The translations under genes and the position numbers were made by a program. Of a stretch of 64,000 bases of DNA, positions 33,326-44,062 are shown in pieces. The notes below the pieces were generated by a model. It searched no databases. It saw nothing but the letters and a program-made list of their open reading frames with translations, and was not told the origin of the DNA. How positions within the stretch are numbered: the first letter of the stretch is position 1; each line of letters starts with the position of its first letter. This DNA comes from an uncultured Planctomycetota bacterium (GTDB lineage Bacteria > Planctomycetota > Planctomycetia > Isosphaerales > Isosphaeraceae), in the NCBI GenBank assembly GCA_963823665.1, contig CAWGMQ010000010.1, positions 224,001-288,000 on the forward strand. Direction: 5' to 3'.

Positions 33326-35272
33326 TCAGTCCCCGCCATCACGCGCAAAGACCACAAACCCATTCGCCGGAATCACCACGCTGGCCGAAGCAGGAAGCCC
33401 ATGCATCGGCGGCCCGGACGCAGTCACGCCGTCGCCGTTGCCGGCGGTGATCGGGTTCACCCAGTTGTCGTAGACGTCGCTGTTGAAAACCTCCCGCCAG
33501 AATCCGGGTCCGGGGAAGCCGATCGAATACCCCCAGTACGTCGATTCGGCCAGCGTGGCGGCAACCACCACGTCGCGGCCGGCGCCCACCACCCAGCGCT
33601 GGAAAGCCACAACTCGGTTCTGATCGTGCACGTGAAACACGTTCACCGCATCCGCTCGCAGCGCCGGCTGGTGCATCCGAAGCGCGATCAGCTCGCGGCA
33701 GAATCGCAGGTAATCTTGCATCACCTTGTCGGTCTTTAATCCGTCCCAGTAGATGAGCAGGTTTTGCTCGCTGTCGCTCCACTGTTTGTCTTCCAGAAAC
33801 TCTTCCCCCATGAAGAGCATGGGGATTCCCGGCGACGTCATGAGCAGGCCTGTCGCCACACGTGAGCGACTGCGCGCGTACCACGAGCGGCTGTTCGATC
33901 CATCGGCCAGGTGGGCGATGCGGGGGCCGCTGCCCGCGAAGACAATGTCGTGATTTTCCAGATGGGTGACCGATCTCCACGCCGCCGAGAACCCCGGCGG
34001 CGGGTAAATGTTGTCGCCGATCGCGTCGAACGAGACGGGTGCACTGGCGCCCGAGGAGGCCGCCCCCAGCGCTCCCCGCACCGCGCCCCTGAGCCGGTCC
34101 GACCAGGTCGCGTCAAACCCCGCACCGCCCTCTGACGTCGGCTTCACAACCCAGGTCTGATCGGGGTTCCAGTATTCGGCAATGTGAATGCTCTGATCCT
34201 TGACGAAATGTGCCGTGTCGGTCAGGTTCTGGCAGAAATTCCAGCCACCGAAGCGATCGATCACGGTCACCTCGTCGTACCGGAAGCCGTCGCAATGGCA
34301 CTCGGTCATGAAGTAGTTCGCATTGTCGATCAGGAATTGCTGGACATCCTGGTTCCAGTATGCAAACACCTTGCCGCCGGCCCAGCCCTGGTCGGTGAAA
34401 TAGAGGCTCCGGTTGTCGTCGCCGCCGGGCTGGCGGTCGTAGTAGTACATGCTCTCGTCGTCGAGAGAGCCGCCGGCGTGGTTGTAGACGACGTCGAAGA
34501 GAACGGCGATCCCGTAAAGGTGAAAGAGATCAACCATCGCCTTCATCTGGCTGATCTGTGTGCTGAGCTGCTCGGCCTTGACGGGAGCTTTCCCTTTGGC
34601 CTGGAGCAGCCGGTTGACCACGCCTGTCAGTCGCACCAGGTCGGGCCCCGGCGGCAGGGTGTAATCCATTTCAGGTGAGAAATAGTCCGTGTAGTTGTAG
34701 CCCTCGCTGGTGGTCGTCGGAAACTCGATCACGGGCAGCGGCTCGATGGCATTGATTCCCAGGTCGACCAGATACTCGAGACGGTCGACCACGCCGAGGA
34801 ACGTGCCCGGCCGCTTCAGGCGCGCGTCATTTCCGGCCGAGTCAGCGGCGTAATAGACGCCGATGTGAAACTGATAGACGATCAGGTCGCTGAAGTTGGG
34901 CATACGAAAACCCTGGTCGTGCCAGGGATAGTCGCCGGGATTCCGCACGATGCAGTTGCTGCTTGGAAACGGTGGGTCCAGCGAAAGCTCGCGCGCGTAG
35001 GGGTCGCGCTTCCAGCCCGTGGATCCGGTGCCAACCACCCAGAACTTGTATTCAGTGCCGTCGCCGGCCGTTGAAACGAAGCCGGACCAGACGCCCGCGC
35101 TGTTCTTGACGAGCAGGAAGGCCGGATCAACGACCTTCCAGTTGTTGAACGCGCCGACCACGTACACGGCCGTTGCGCTCGGCGCCCAGGTGCGGAAGGT
35201 GACTCCGCCCTCGGGCACGATGCTGGCGCCCAACGGCGTCTTGTCGTCGATGTGCGCTTGAGAAAGGGGCAT
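33326..35272 (-). CDS. GH13 1,4-alpha-glucan branching enzyme-like protein with CBM48
   Basis: FRTWAPSA, RDPYARE, DVVYNH, DGFRYD, IAEYW, ENHD, PMLFMGEE, EVFNSD. Confidence 0.88.
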   Translation of the reverse strand: MPLSQAHIDDKTPLGASIVPEGGVTFRTWAPSATAVYVVGAFNNWKVVDPAFLLVKNSAGVWSGFVSTAGDGTEYKFWVVGTGSTGWKRDPYARELSLDPPFPSSNCIVRNPGDYPWHDQGFRMPNFSDLIVYQFHIGVYYAADSAGNDARLKRPGTFLGVVDRLEYLVDLGINAIEPLPVIEFPTTTSEGYNYTDYFSPEMDYTLPPGPDLVRLTGVVNRLLQAKGKAPVKAEQLSTQISQMKAMVDLFHLYGIAVLFDVVYNHAGGSLDDESMYYYDRQPGGDDNRSLYFTDQGWAGGKVFAYWNQDVQQFLIDNANYFMTECHCDGFRYDEVTVIDRFGGWNFCQNLTDTAHFVKDQSIHIAEYWNPDQTWVVKPTSEGGAGFDATWSDRLRGAVRGALGAASSGASAPVSFDAIGDNIYPPPGFSAAWRSVTHLENHDIVFAGSGPRIAHLADGSNSRSWYARSRSRVATGLLMTSPGIPMLFMGEEFLEDKQWSDSEQNLLIYWDGLKTDKVMQDYLRFCRELIALRMHQPALRADAVNVFHVHDQNRVVAFQRWVVGAGRDVVVAATLAESTYWGYSIGFPGPGFWREVFNSDVYDNWVNPITAGNGDGVTASGPPMHGLPASASVVIPANGFVVFARDGGD

Positions 35273-35497
35273 TGGGTTCCTCCCAGCTTATCGTCCCGGA
35301 ATGCGATCCGCGTTCACCGGGGTGAGCGTCGGCGTAGCCACGCCGTAGACATCCACGCGGCCGTCTTATGTGGCCACAACCGTCGCCAGACAGAACCAAC
35401 ATCATGAATCGGTTCCGCCACCCGAAGGGGCTCGCTTGGATCGCCTGTTCTTTGAGCTCGTCCAGGTTAACCGGCGCCGCGGTTCTCGGCCACTGTC

Positions 35498-37643
35498 TCA
35501 ATCTACATAAAGAAAGGCGTTTAGGTTGATCAGCGCCAGGCAAAGGTCGGTCATCGACCCCCCGGCGAGAAACTCGGCCATCATCCGCCGCTCGGCGTCA
35601 TCCGGTGCTCGACCCAGTGCCAGTCTCGCCGCCGCTTCGGATTGACCGATGGAGCTCGAATTGAGCCGGCAGACACGCTCCGCGAGCTTGCCGGCCGCTT
35701 CGTGGGCCAGGCTGCTGTTCAAAAGCGAGAGCGCCTGCGGCGCAATCGTCGTGACCGGCCGCTGCGGGCAACTTGCATTCGTGTCCGGGCGATCGAAGAC
35801 CTCGAAGAAGGGGTAGCGCAGATTGCGCCGTACGAAGACATAGAGGCTGCGACGGCTGCGGTCGGCGGGTCCGGGCGAGACGGGCCAGACCGCCCCCTTG
35901 CTGCTCAATTTGCTCAGCTCAGGCGGCAGCTCGGGGAACCCCGAAGGCCCCCGCATCGCGGGATTGAGGGCGCCCGAGACAAACAATAGCGCATCGCGAA
36001 TCGCCTCGCCGTCCAGCCGTCGGCGGTTCTGCCGGCTGAAAAGCAAGTTGTCTGGATCAGCAGCGAGGATTTCCCGATCGGCGACCGACGACTGCCGGTA
36101 CGTCGCGCTCGTGACGATCAGCCGGTGCATCCTCTTGAGGCTCCAGCCCTGGGCAACCAGCTCGGTGGCCAGCCAGTCGAGCAGTTCGGGGTGAGACGGC
36201 TCTTCGCCCATCGTGCCGAAGTCGCTGGCGGTCGCCACCAGGCCGCGGCCGAAATGATGCTGCCAGAGGCGATTGACGATCACACGCGCTGTGAGCGGAT
36301 GATCGGGCCGAACCAGCCAGTCCGCCAGCGCGCTGCGCCGGCCGCTCGAGCGCGACGACGAAACGGGCTTCGTCGCCGCCGCGGTCGCGAGGACTGCCGG
36401 AACCTGCCGGCGCCATCTCGGGGCCTCGCGCTGTGTAGTCACCGCGGCGGAGCAGATAAGTGATCGGAGCGGCCGGGCCGGTCTCGTCGATTCCCCGCGC
36501 CTTGGGCAGCTCAGGTGGCGGCTGCCGCATCATCCGATCCAGCTTCGTGAGCAGCTCTTGCCGCTGCGACCAGGCCCCGGGGTCAAGCGAGCTTTTCCAC
36601 ACACCGGGCGCGATCCGCCGATCGGCCTTGAGTGCGTCGAAAACGAGCTTGACCTCATGTGCCGACCGCTCGGCCGCGGGCTTCGCGAATGCGGCCGCCG
36701 TCTCGTCATTCAATCCAGGAGGGTTCCCAGGCGCCATCTTCTCTCGCACGGGCGCCTCGAGACGAATCAAGGCGGCTTGTACCTCGGAGAGCTCGTGCTC
36801 CCAGGCGGTCCGAGCGAGCAAATACTCCTGACGCCTCCGCGCGGTGGCCAGCGGAAAGTCGTCGCGGAAGCGTGATCCGGCGAAGAACGCCTGGAGCTGG
36901 TAATAGTCAGTCTGCTTGATCGGGTCGAATTTGTGGTCGTGGCAGCGGGCGCAGCCGATCGTCAGCCCCAGGAAGACAAGCCCGGTCGTCTCGGTGATGT
37001 CGTCCAGAGCATTCTGCCGGCGAAGCTGCTGATCGTTCAGGTCGACCATGTCGGGGTAGCAGCGGTTGAATCCCGTGGCGATGAACGCCCAGGAATCGTC
37101 GGGCTGAATTTCGTCACCGGCAAGCTGAAGCCGGACGAAACGGTCGTAAGGCAAGTCGCGGTTCAAGGCATCGACGACCCAATCGCGATATCGCCACGCA
37201 TCAGGCCGAGCCTGGTCGAACTCAAAACCGTCGGTTTCGGCAAACCGCGCCAGGTCGAGCCAGTGCTGCCCCGCGCGCTCCCCATACTGGGGGCTTGCAA
37301 GCAGGCGGTCGACCAGCCGCTCGTAGGCATCCGGCGACCTGTCGGCGAGAAACGCCTGCTGCAGTTCGAGGCTCGGTGGCAATCCGATCAAGTCGAAGCT
37401 GAGCCGCCGCAAGAGCGTCGAACGATCGGCTTCGCGCGCGTGCTTTTGCTTTTGCGATTCCAATCGCGCAAGGATGAAGCGGTCGATCGGATTGCGCACC
37501 CAGGCCAATTCGCGCACGCGCGGCACCGCCGGGCGCACAGGCGAAACGAACGCCCAGTGCTTGTCGTCGTCCGCACGCGAAGGTGGTGCGGCCAGAAGCA
37601 CGAAGGCGCAGCACAATGGAATCAGAGCGTGCTTTCGTTTCAT
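35498..37643 (-). CDS. DUF1549/DUF1553 (PSD1) planctomycete protein; frameshift near 36410
   Basis: HWAF, NPIDRFI, YGER..HWLDLARFAET, CARCHDHKFDP, NRLWQHHFGRG, HPELLDWLA, QAL.LLN. Confidence 0.92.
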
Positions 37644-37649
37644 GGATAT

Positions 37650-39092
37650 TCAAGCAAGGATCGATCGAATCACGGTGCCGGAAGTATCGGTGAGGCGGTC
37701 GTCGCGGCCGTTGTGCGGGAAGGTGAGCCGGGTGTGGTCGAGGCCGAGTAGATGGAGAATCGTCGCATGCAAGTCGTGCACGTGCACGCGATCCACGGCG
37801 GCCCGCAGACCGACTGCATCGGTCGCGCCGTGAATCGTGCCGCCTTTGACGCCACCGCCGGCCATCCAGTAGCAGAAGCCATGCGGATTGTGATCGCGTC
37901 CCTTGCGGCTCTCCGACATGGGCATCCGCCCGAATTCGCCACCCCAGATGACGAGCGTGCTGTCGAGAAGTCCGCGGCGCTTCAAGTCTTTGAGCAGACC
38001 GGCGACGGGTTTATCGGTGCGGCCGCACATGGTGGCGTGATTCACCTCGACGTCGTCGTGGGCATCCCATCCGTTGACGTCCCCCGAATAAAGCTGAACG
38101 AATCGCACGCCGCGTTCGACGAGCCGACGCGCTAAAAGGCAGCGGGTGCCGAATTCGGCGGTCTGGCGGTCGTCGAGTCCGTACAGACGGCGAGTTTCTT
38201 CGGTTTCACGGCCCAGGTCGACGGCTTCCGGTGCGGCGGTTTGCATGCGGAAGGCCAGCTCATAAGACTGGATCCGCGCCTCGAGCTCGGGGTCGCCGCC
38301 GCGCTGTTCGAGATGATGACGATCGAGCCGATCGATCAAGTCGATGACGTCGCGCTGGCTTTTGGCTGAGCGGCTCGCGGGGGGCAAAAGGTCAAGAATC
38401 GGCCGGTCGCCGCCGCGCATCAATGTCCCCTGGTGGCCCGCGGGCAAAAACCCGGCACCATAAGCCGGCGGCCCCCCCTTGATACCGCCGCCGGGGTCAG
38501 GCAAGACCAGAAACGACGGCAAATCCTGATTCTCGGTCCCCAGTCCGTAGCTGACCCACGACCCCAGGCACGGCTTTCCCATCAAGATGGTGCCGGTGTT
38601 CATCTCGTAGACGGCCTGCGGATGATTGACGCTATCGGCCCAGCACGACCGGATGACGGCGAGGTCATCGGCACATTCGTGGAGATGCGGCAGAAAATCC
38701 GAGATCTCGATCCCGCTCTGACCGCGCTTGCCGAATGTGCGCTTGGTGGCGAGCAGCGGATTATGAGCGACCTTCCGCCGGGTGGCGACGGCGCCAAAGC
38801 TGGCGGGTAGCGGCTCTCCGGCCAGCCGCTGGAGATCAGGCTTGGGATCAAACGTCTCGAGGTGGCTCGGCCCGCCGTGCATGAAGAGGTAGATGACGCT
38901 GTGGGCTTTGGCGGGGAAATGGCCGGCCCGTGGGGCGTGGGGGTGTTTCGGCCCGGGCGAATTTGCCGCAGCTTCGTGCTCGAGCAGCCAGTGCAAGGCG
39001 AGCGCACCCAAACCGCCGCCGGCTTGGTGCAGGAAGTCGCGGCGGCCAACACCGGTGTCGGCGTGGCCGCGAAATGGTTGCTGCGTCGGCAT
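37650..39092 (-). CDS. DUF1501 domain protein (sulfatase-like, Tat)
   Basis: RRDFL; MHGGPSHLETFDPKP, SYELAFRMQ, WDAH, GEFGRMP, GRDHNP, HDLHATIL. Confidence 0.93.
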   Translation of the reverse strand: MPTQQPFRGHADTGVGRRDFLHQAGGGLGALALHWLLEHEAAANSPGPKHPHAPRAGHFPAKAHSVIYLFMHGGPSHLETFDPKPDLQRLAGEPLPASFGAVATRRKVAHNPLLATKRTFGKRGQSGIEISDFLPHLHECADDLAVIRSCWADSVNHPQAVYEMNTGTILMGKPCLGSWVSYGLGTENQDLPSFLVLPDPGGGIKGGPPAYGAGFLPAGHQGTLMRGGDRPILDLLPPASRSAKSQRDVIDLIDRLDRHHLEQRGGDPELEARIQSYELAFRMQTAAPEAVDLGRETEETRRLYGLDDRQTAEFGTRCLLARRLVERGVRFVQLYSGDVNGWDAHDDVEVNHATMCGRTDKPVAGLLKDLKRRGLLDSTLVIWGGEFGRMPMSESRKGRDHNPHGFCYWMAGGGVKGGTIHGATDAVGLRAAVDRVHVHDLHATILHLLGLDHTRLTFPHNGRDDRLTDTSGTVIRSILA

Positions 39093-39131
39093 TTCGCTGG
39101 AATCCCTAGGGACGACGATCGAGGCGATGTC

Positions 39132-39161
39132 ATTCTACTCTGTAACGCCGTGTGTCTCCAG
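39132..39161 (-). promoter_or_regulatory. Putative promoter of DUF1501-DUF1549/1553 operon, containing 14-bp repeat copy 1
   Basis: Minus strand TGGAGA (39160-39155), 17 bp, TAGAAT (39137-39132); CCGTGTGTCTCCAG at 39148-39161. Confidence 0.5.
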
Positions 39162-40223
39162 CGGGTGAGCTCCTGCCGGCTTGGCGTGGTAGAGATGGAG
39201 GCACGGCTCGGTTATTTCCGACTCGGCGGGCTCAGATTCTAATCCTGGACGCGGACCCCACGAGATGCGGATTGTATGACGGCGGCTGTTTGTCTGCACG
39301 GCCCTGCTTCGATCGGCCAGGTGCAGAGGGTTGCTTCGGTGCGGATGTCCCAAGCGGATCGTCGTCGCCATGACCTTCCAGCCTTCGAGTTGATATTGGC
39401 GAATGACTTCCCGGTCTGGTAGGCCCGACCGTGTCCCGGATGAAATAGCCGCCGTTGCGCGGCCCGATGCCGGGTGAATCGATCTGCACACCTCGCTCGA
39501 ATGCGAATCAATCGAACCGTGGTGCGGCACTTTGACTGCGTGGAATTTAGGTTCGTGCCCGCGTTCCGCACAGCATTCGCGCCAGGCGGAGATTGCCCGA
39601 TCGAGGCTCGCGACGTCTGCGTCGCCCGCGAGGAGGAGATTCAGGTACTCGCCGTCGAATCGGACCGACAGTGCGACGATGATCGAGAGCGCGTTCGCGT
39701 TCAGCGTCGAATTGGGATTGCGGTAGAGCTTTTCCAGATCGCGTTGGATCATTCCTCGCTTTGCCTGGTAGTCGGGCCCAATCGGAATGAAATCGATCTG
39801 ACCCGAAAAGCCGAATGGTGAGATGGGCGGACGGTCAGCGTCGAGCTCCCTGAGTCGGACTTTTCCAGACTTGCTCCAGGCAGAGAGCTGCTGTTGCAAG
39901 TTGGCGTATTCCCTGCCGCCGACCCGACCTTGCATCAAGCGCCTGGCGTCATGGGCGTTTACTCCGGTGTCGACATAAGTCAATTGCTTCTGTCCGCGAG
40001 AAAGAAACTCGGCGATCACGTTGGCCATGCCATGGTAGTGGTCGAAGTCGGGGTGTGTCTGGATCACGAGGTCCAGTGCCTTGATCCCCTTTTCTTCAAC
40101 GAAATCCAAAAACCTCTGCCGCGTCCCGTCCCATTGTGGGAGGTAGCAATCGATCAAGCACCATCGGTCTCCCGGCAGCCGAACCAGAATCGTGTCGCCG
40201 TGCCCACAATCGAGCAGAAACAT
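39135..40223 (-). CDS. ComEC/Rec2-like metallo-beta-lactamase-fold hydrolase (stand-alone)
   Basis: LDCGHGD, LIDC, THPDFDH, NALS, LLAGDA, KVPHHGS; start uncertain (40223 ATG or upstream). Confidence 0.8.
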   Translation of the reverse strand: MFLLDCGHGDTILVRLPGDRWCLIDCYLPQWDGTRQRFLDFVEEKGIKALDLVIQTHPDFDHYHGMANVIAEFLSRGQKQLTYVDTGVNAHDARRLMQGRVGGREYANLQQQLSAWSKSGKVRLRELDADRPPISPFGFSGQIDFIPIGPDYQAKRGMIQRDLEKLYRNPNSTLNANALSIIVALSVRFDGEYLNLLLAGDADVASLDRAISAWRECCAERGHEPKFHAVKVPHHGSIDSHSSEVCRSIHPASGRATAAISSGTRSGLPDREVIRQYQLEGWKVMATTIRLGHPHRSNPLHLADRSRAVQTNSRRHTIRISWGPRPGLESEPAESEITEPCLHLYHAKPAGAHPLETHGVTE

Positions 40224-40239
40224 CTCGATCAGGCAGTCG

Positions 40240-40548
40240 TCAGAAGACCATTGGGCCGGTGATTCGATCTCGGGGGTTGTCGGTAGCGTCGTCGCCAAGG
40301 CCTTCCTCTGGGTCTGTGTCCTCGGGTGATTTAGGCTCTAGCACGGCGACAGTGACGACAGTAGCGAGTCGCTGGCCAACTTCAGGGAGGAGCCCGCCGA
40401 TAAACTGATCGCGCTGATAAGTCTGCTCGACCAGATCGTCGCTGATCTCGTAAACCACGACGACCTCGTCACCGTCAACGCTGACTACCTGGCCTTCGTA
40501 CGACTCGTTCATCAACACCCGGTGTGGCTCACTATCGGGATAGGACAT
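40240..40548 (-). CDS. Small acidic hypothetical protein upstream of the MBL hydrolase
   Basis: ATG 40548 with AAGGAGG RBS (alternative 40605); beta-rich YEGQVVSVDGDEVVVVYE and acidic tail. Confidence 0.6.
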   Translation of the reverse strand: MSYPDSEPHRVLMNESYEGQVVSVDGDEVVVVYEISDDLVEQTYQRDQFIGGLLPEVGQRLATVVTVAVLEPKSPEDTDPEEGLGDDATDNPRDRITGPMVF

Positions 40549-40637
40549 CGCCTCCTTCTCGGGCTTTGTCGGGTTTTTCGTCGCTGGCCGAGTTGGTGTT
40601 GCCATTTCGCCCTCCACCGGCAATTCGAACTTACATT

Positions 40638-40667
40638 ATTGTACCGCGTGTCTCCGTGTGTCTCCAG
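40638..40667 (-). promoter_or_regulatory. Putative promoter of the small ORF-MBL cassette, containing 14-bp repeat copy 2
   Basis: Minus strand TGGAGA (40666-40661), 17 bp, TACAAT (40643-40638); CCGTGTGTCTCCAG at 40654-40667. Confidence 0.5.
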
Positions 40668-40689
40668 GCTGGCTCCGCGAGGTCGGACC

Positions 40690-41066
40690 AGCGGCGCAGA
40701 AGCGAATCTGGATCCTGCTCGACCAATCGGCACCGGATGCCGGGCGATACGACCTCGTTCACGTCGTTCTCAACGCCAATGGCGACCTGACCGAACCGGC
40801 GGAACGCTTCGCCGGCGAGACCGAGGGCAACGATATCCGCTTTCGCCTCCCGGACGTCAAGGACCCGGTCACCGGAGCCACCCACACCCGTTTCACCGCC
40901 CGTGTTTCCAATGCCAAACCGGCCAGCCGGGCGCGGGGAAAGCTCATTCTGGGCATTCCAGGAGCACTTCTTGCCGGAATCCGAGGCGGTGAAGGCGACA
41001 CTCATCTACCGAGATGCCCAGGACAAGCAACAGCAGGTTGTCTGCCGGGTCAAAAAGCGATGCTGA
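40690..41066 (+). pseudogene. 5'-truncated coding remnant of unknown family
   Basis: Coding-like GC3 bias (RYDLVHVVLNANGDLTEPAERFAGETEGNDIRFRLPDVKDP...; frame-shifted AFQEHFLPESEAVKATLIYRDAQDKQQQVVCRVKKRC*); no credible start. Confidence 0.35.
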
Positions 41067-41288
41067 GGCATGCTCCATCACGGCCCGGTTCGGGTCCCCG
41101 CGCTTGCACGTCCTGGCAAGGCAATTGTCCGCGTCGAATTTCCCGAGGGAGCCACCTACCAGTCGATCGCGACGGACATCGAAGTAGAGCTGGTAAAACC
41201 GCGACGAAGACGGAATGACTAACTCAGGCCCCGTCGGGCCCGCCGCCCACCAGGTTTGCAAGCGGCCCCGAAATATTTCGAGATGCTG

Positions 41289-41338
41289 TTGACCTCTCAG
41301 ACGGATTGTCTTAGAGTGTCTATCAGACATGTTGTCTT
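41289..41338 (+). promoter_or_regulatory. blaI promoter with two palindromic operators
   Basis: TTGACC, 17 bp, TAGAGT (41289-41317); TCAGAC-N5-GTCTT at 41297-41312 and 41323-41338. Confidence 0.7.
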
Positions 41339-41353
41339 GGAGGTAGGGCTGGC

Positions 41354-41749
41354 ATGAACCGGCAGCAGCATGATGTGACCGAGGCCGAGCTGGCGCTTTT
41401 GCAGTCGCTCTGGGACGCGGGGCCTGCGACGATCCGGCAACTGGTTGACCGGGTCTACAAGCAGGAAGGGCCGTCGGTTTACGCGACCGTGCAGAAGTTG
41501 CTCGATCGGCTCGAATCGAAGGGGTTTGTCCAGAGGGACCGGGGTGCCGCGGTGCACGTGTTCCGGGCGGCCGTTGACCGTGAAGAGTTGATCGGCCGGC
41601 GGCTCCGCGCCGTCGCCGATTCCCTTTGCGGCGGGTCGCTCTCGCCGCTTCTCTCCCATCTGGTCGAAGACAAGGGCCTTTCCGAAGCCGAGCGGCGCGA
41701 GCTGCGCGGCTTGATCGAGCGGCTCGATCGCAAACGGCGATCGCGCTAA
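41354..41749 (+). CDS. blaI: BlaI/MecI/CopY family transcriptional repressor
   Basis: TEAELALLQSLW..ATVQKLLDRLESKGFV..GGSLSPLLSHLVE..LSEAE. Confidence 0.92.
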   Translation: MNRQQHDVTEAELALLQSLWDAGPATIRQLVDRVYKQEGPSVYATVQKLLDRLESKGFVQRDRGAAVHVFRAAVDREELIGRRLRAVADSLCGGSLSPLLSHLVEDKGLSEAERRELRGLIERLDRKRRSR

Positions 41750-41851
41750 AGGTACAGGCAGAGCGCGGCGAGCTGCGCGCACTGGTTTCTCGGGCGGTAG
41801 TGGAACGATTGACTTCCATCGATTCTGCGTGAGGCTGAAAGGGGTCCGGCC

Positions 41852-43966
41852 GTGGAGACGCTCTTGCACGCCGGTTTGAACAACGCCGTGTCCGCAACGA
41901 TTCTGGCTCTGGTCGTCGCGTGCCTGTCACGCCTGCTCGCCCGGCGCCCTGCCGTGTTGCACTGCCTCTGGCTGCTGGTTCTCTTGAAGCTTGTCACGCC
42001 CCCGCTCTACTCCGTCGCGATACCCTGGCCCGAATCGCTTTCGCCGAGCGAGGAGGCCGCCGCGACGCCCGAAGAGACGCGACTGGCCTTCCAGCTATTG
42101 CGCGTCGACATCGATGCTCTGCCGGAAGCCACGGTGTCGGCCGAGCGCGATCTGGGGGCGGTCGCGATCACCGCCCCTGAGCCCGCCGCGGAAACGGACT
42201 TGGTCGAGCTCGCGCGTGCGGCAATCGGAGACGTCTGGAGCCGGCTCTCGCCCCATTGGGTTCCGATTGTGGGGTCGCTCTGGCTTGCGGGGAGCTTGAT
42301 CGCCGCGTTCGTATCGCTCAAGCGTATCGTGCGCTTTCAGCTCGTGCTCCGCGCAGCGACGCCGGGTTCCGAAGAGATCCAGAGCTGGGTCGACGAGCTT
42401 TCGGCCAACCTTGGTATGGATCGTGCGCCCCAGGTCTGGTGCATTAGCGGCAAGCTCTCGCCGATGCTGTGGGCTCTGGGCGCCTGTCCGCGGCTGATCA
42501 TCCCGGTCGAGCTATGGAAAGGCCTCGACCAGCGCCAGCGAGGAACTTTGCTCGTTCACGAGCTCGCGCACCTGAAGCGCGGCGATCATCGGGTGCGGAT
42601 CTTCGAGCTGGTCGTGACCGTGCTCTACTGGTGGAACCCCGTCCTCTGGTGGGCACGCCAGGCGCTGCGCGACGTCGAAGAGCAATGCTGTGATGCCTGG
42701 GTCGTCTGGGCCTTTCCCGAAGCGGCCAGGTCGTATGCGGAAACCTTGCTTGAAACCCTCGACTTTCTCAATCGATCCCGAGTCTCCGAGCCGCTTCTTG
42801 CGAGCGGTTTCGGAAAAGTTCAACACTTGCGAAGGAGATTAACCATGATCATGAGCGGTACGACCCCCAGGCTCCTCGGTCTGCGTGGGGCGTTGCGGCG
42901 CTGTGCGCCGGTGTGCTTTTGCTGCCGGTGAATGCGAGCTGGGCCCAGAAGCCCGAGGAACAGAAAGACGTCCGGGTTGTCGTCAAGATGGATGACGGCG
43001 ACGACGAAACGGTGGTGAAGCCCGACGACGGTCTGAATACCTCCGTATTCGCATTTAGCGACGCCACCATCGAGGCTGACGACGTTGTCGTTTTCTCCGA
43101 GGCACCGGTCGCACACGACACTGAGAAGTTCTCGTTTGGTGATAGCACGTTCGTCTATTCTGACGACGAAGCGACCGCGGGCACAAAGGCCCAGATCAAC
43201 GTGGTTCTCAAGAATGACGACTCCACAATCTCGGTCTCGGCCGATTCAGTGGACGAGGCAATCAAGAAGATCCAGGAACAGATCAAGGTTCTCAAGTCCA
43301 AGTCGCCGGGGGGCGAAAAGGCCAAGGCGCAGCAAGAGGCGCTCGAGCGAGCGGCCAAGGAGCTCCAGCAGCTTGCAAAGTCTCCAAAGGGTGTGACGAC
43401 GTTCAAGATGGGTGGCAGTGATGGCTCGGGTGGTTTCACCACTACGAGAAATGTCATGATCCGCAAAGTGGACGACGTCAAGTCGGCGAAGACACTTAGC
43501 CCTGAAAAGAAGGCCGAGATCGACAAGATGCGCAGCCGGATCAAGGAGCTGCAGCAAGGAGCTCGCGGCCAGCCAGCGCAAGCTCGCGGAGCTCGAGGGA
43601 GCCAACATGTCTTTTCGCGTGGTGAATGTGCCATCCGTCAAAGTAAACCCGCAAGTGCGATTCAGAGTGACGGAAAAGGCCGACGCCGGCGACGCGAAGA
43701 CCAACCCGACTGCGAAGTTTGAGGCCAAGGACATCAAGGTGATGGTCGTGCCCAAGAAGGTTGAAGCGGACGTAGCAAAGCCCGCCACGAAAGCCGTCAG
43801 AAGCTTCACCATCAAACAGGATGAACCGAAAGTGGTGACCGGCAGATTCACCGCCGAGGGAGTCAAGTCCCTCAAGGCCGATAACGATCGAATTGATGCC
43901 CTCGAGAAGAAGCTCGACAAGGTAATGCAGGCGCTCGAGTCCCTGAAGAAGTCGAAGGGCGACTGA
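41852..43966 (+). CDS. BlaR1-like M56 metallopeptidase with non-PBP low-complexity extracytoplasmic tail; frameshifts near 42900 and 43560
   Basis: LWLLVLLKLVTPP, LVHELAHLKRGDH, WWNPVLW, EQCCD, YAETLL, LRRRL. Confidence 0.85.
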
Positions 43967-44062
43967 TCGATCTCAAGTCGTCGCGATCGCACGTCTCTTT
44001 TGCCCGCCTCGGTGACTGCCGCGCCGGCGATTCCACCCGCCGGCGCGGCAGGTTTTGCACGA

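Noticed and set aside
39135..41749. MBL hydrolase as a BlaI-regulated beta-lactamase
   Set aside because: Motifs (HPDxDH, GD, PHHGS) are ComEC/Rec2-type, no signal peptide, and no AGAC-N5-GTCT operator seen at its promoter
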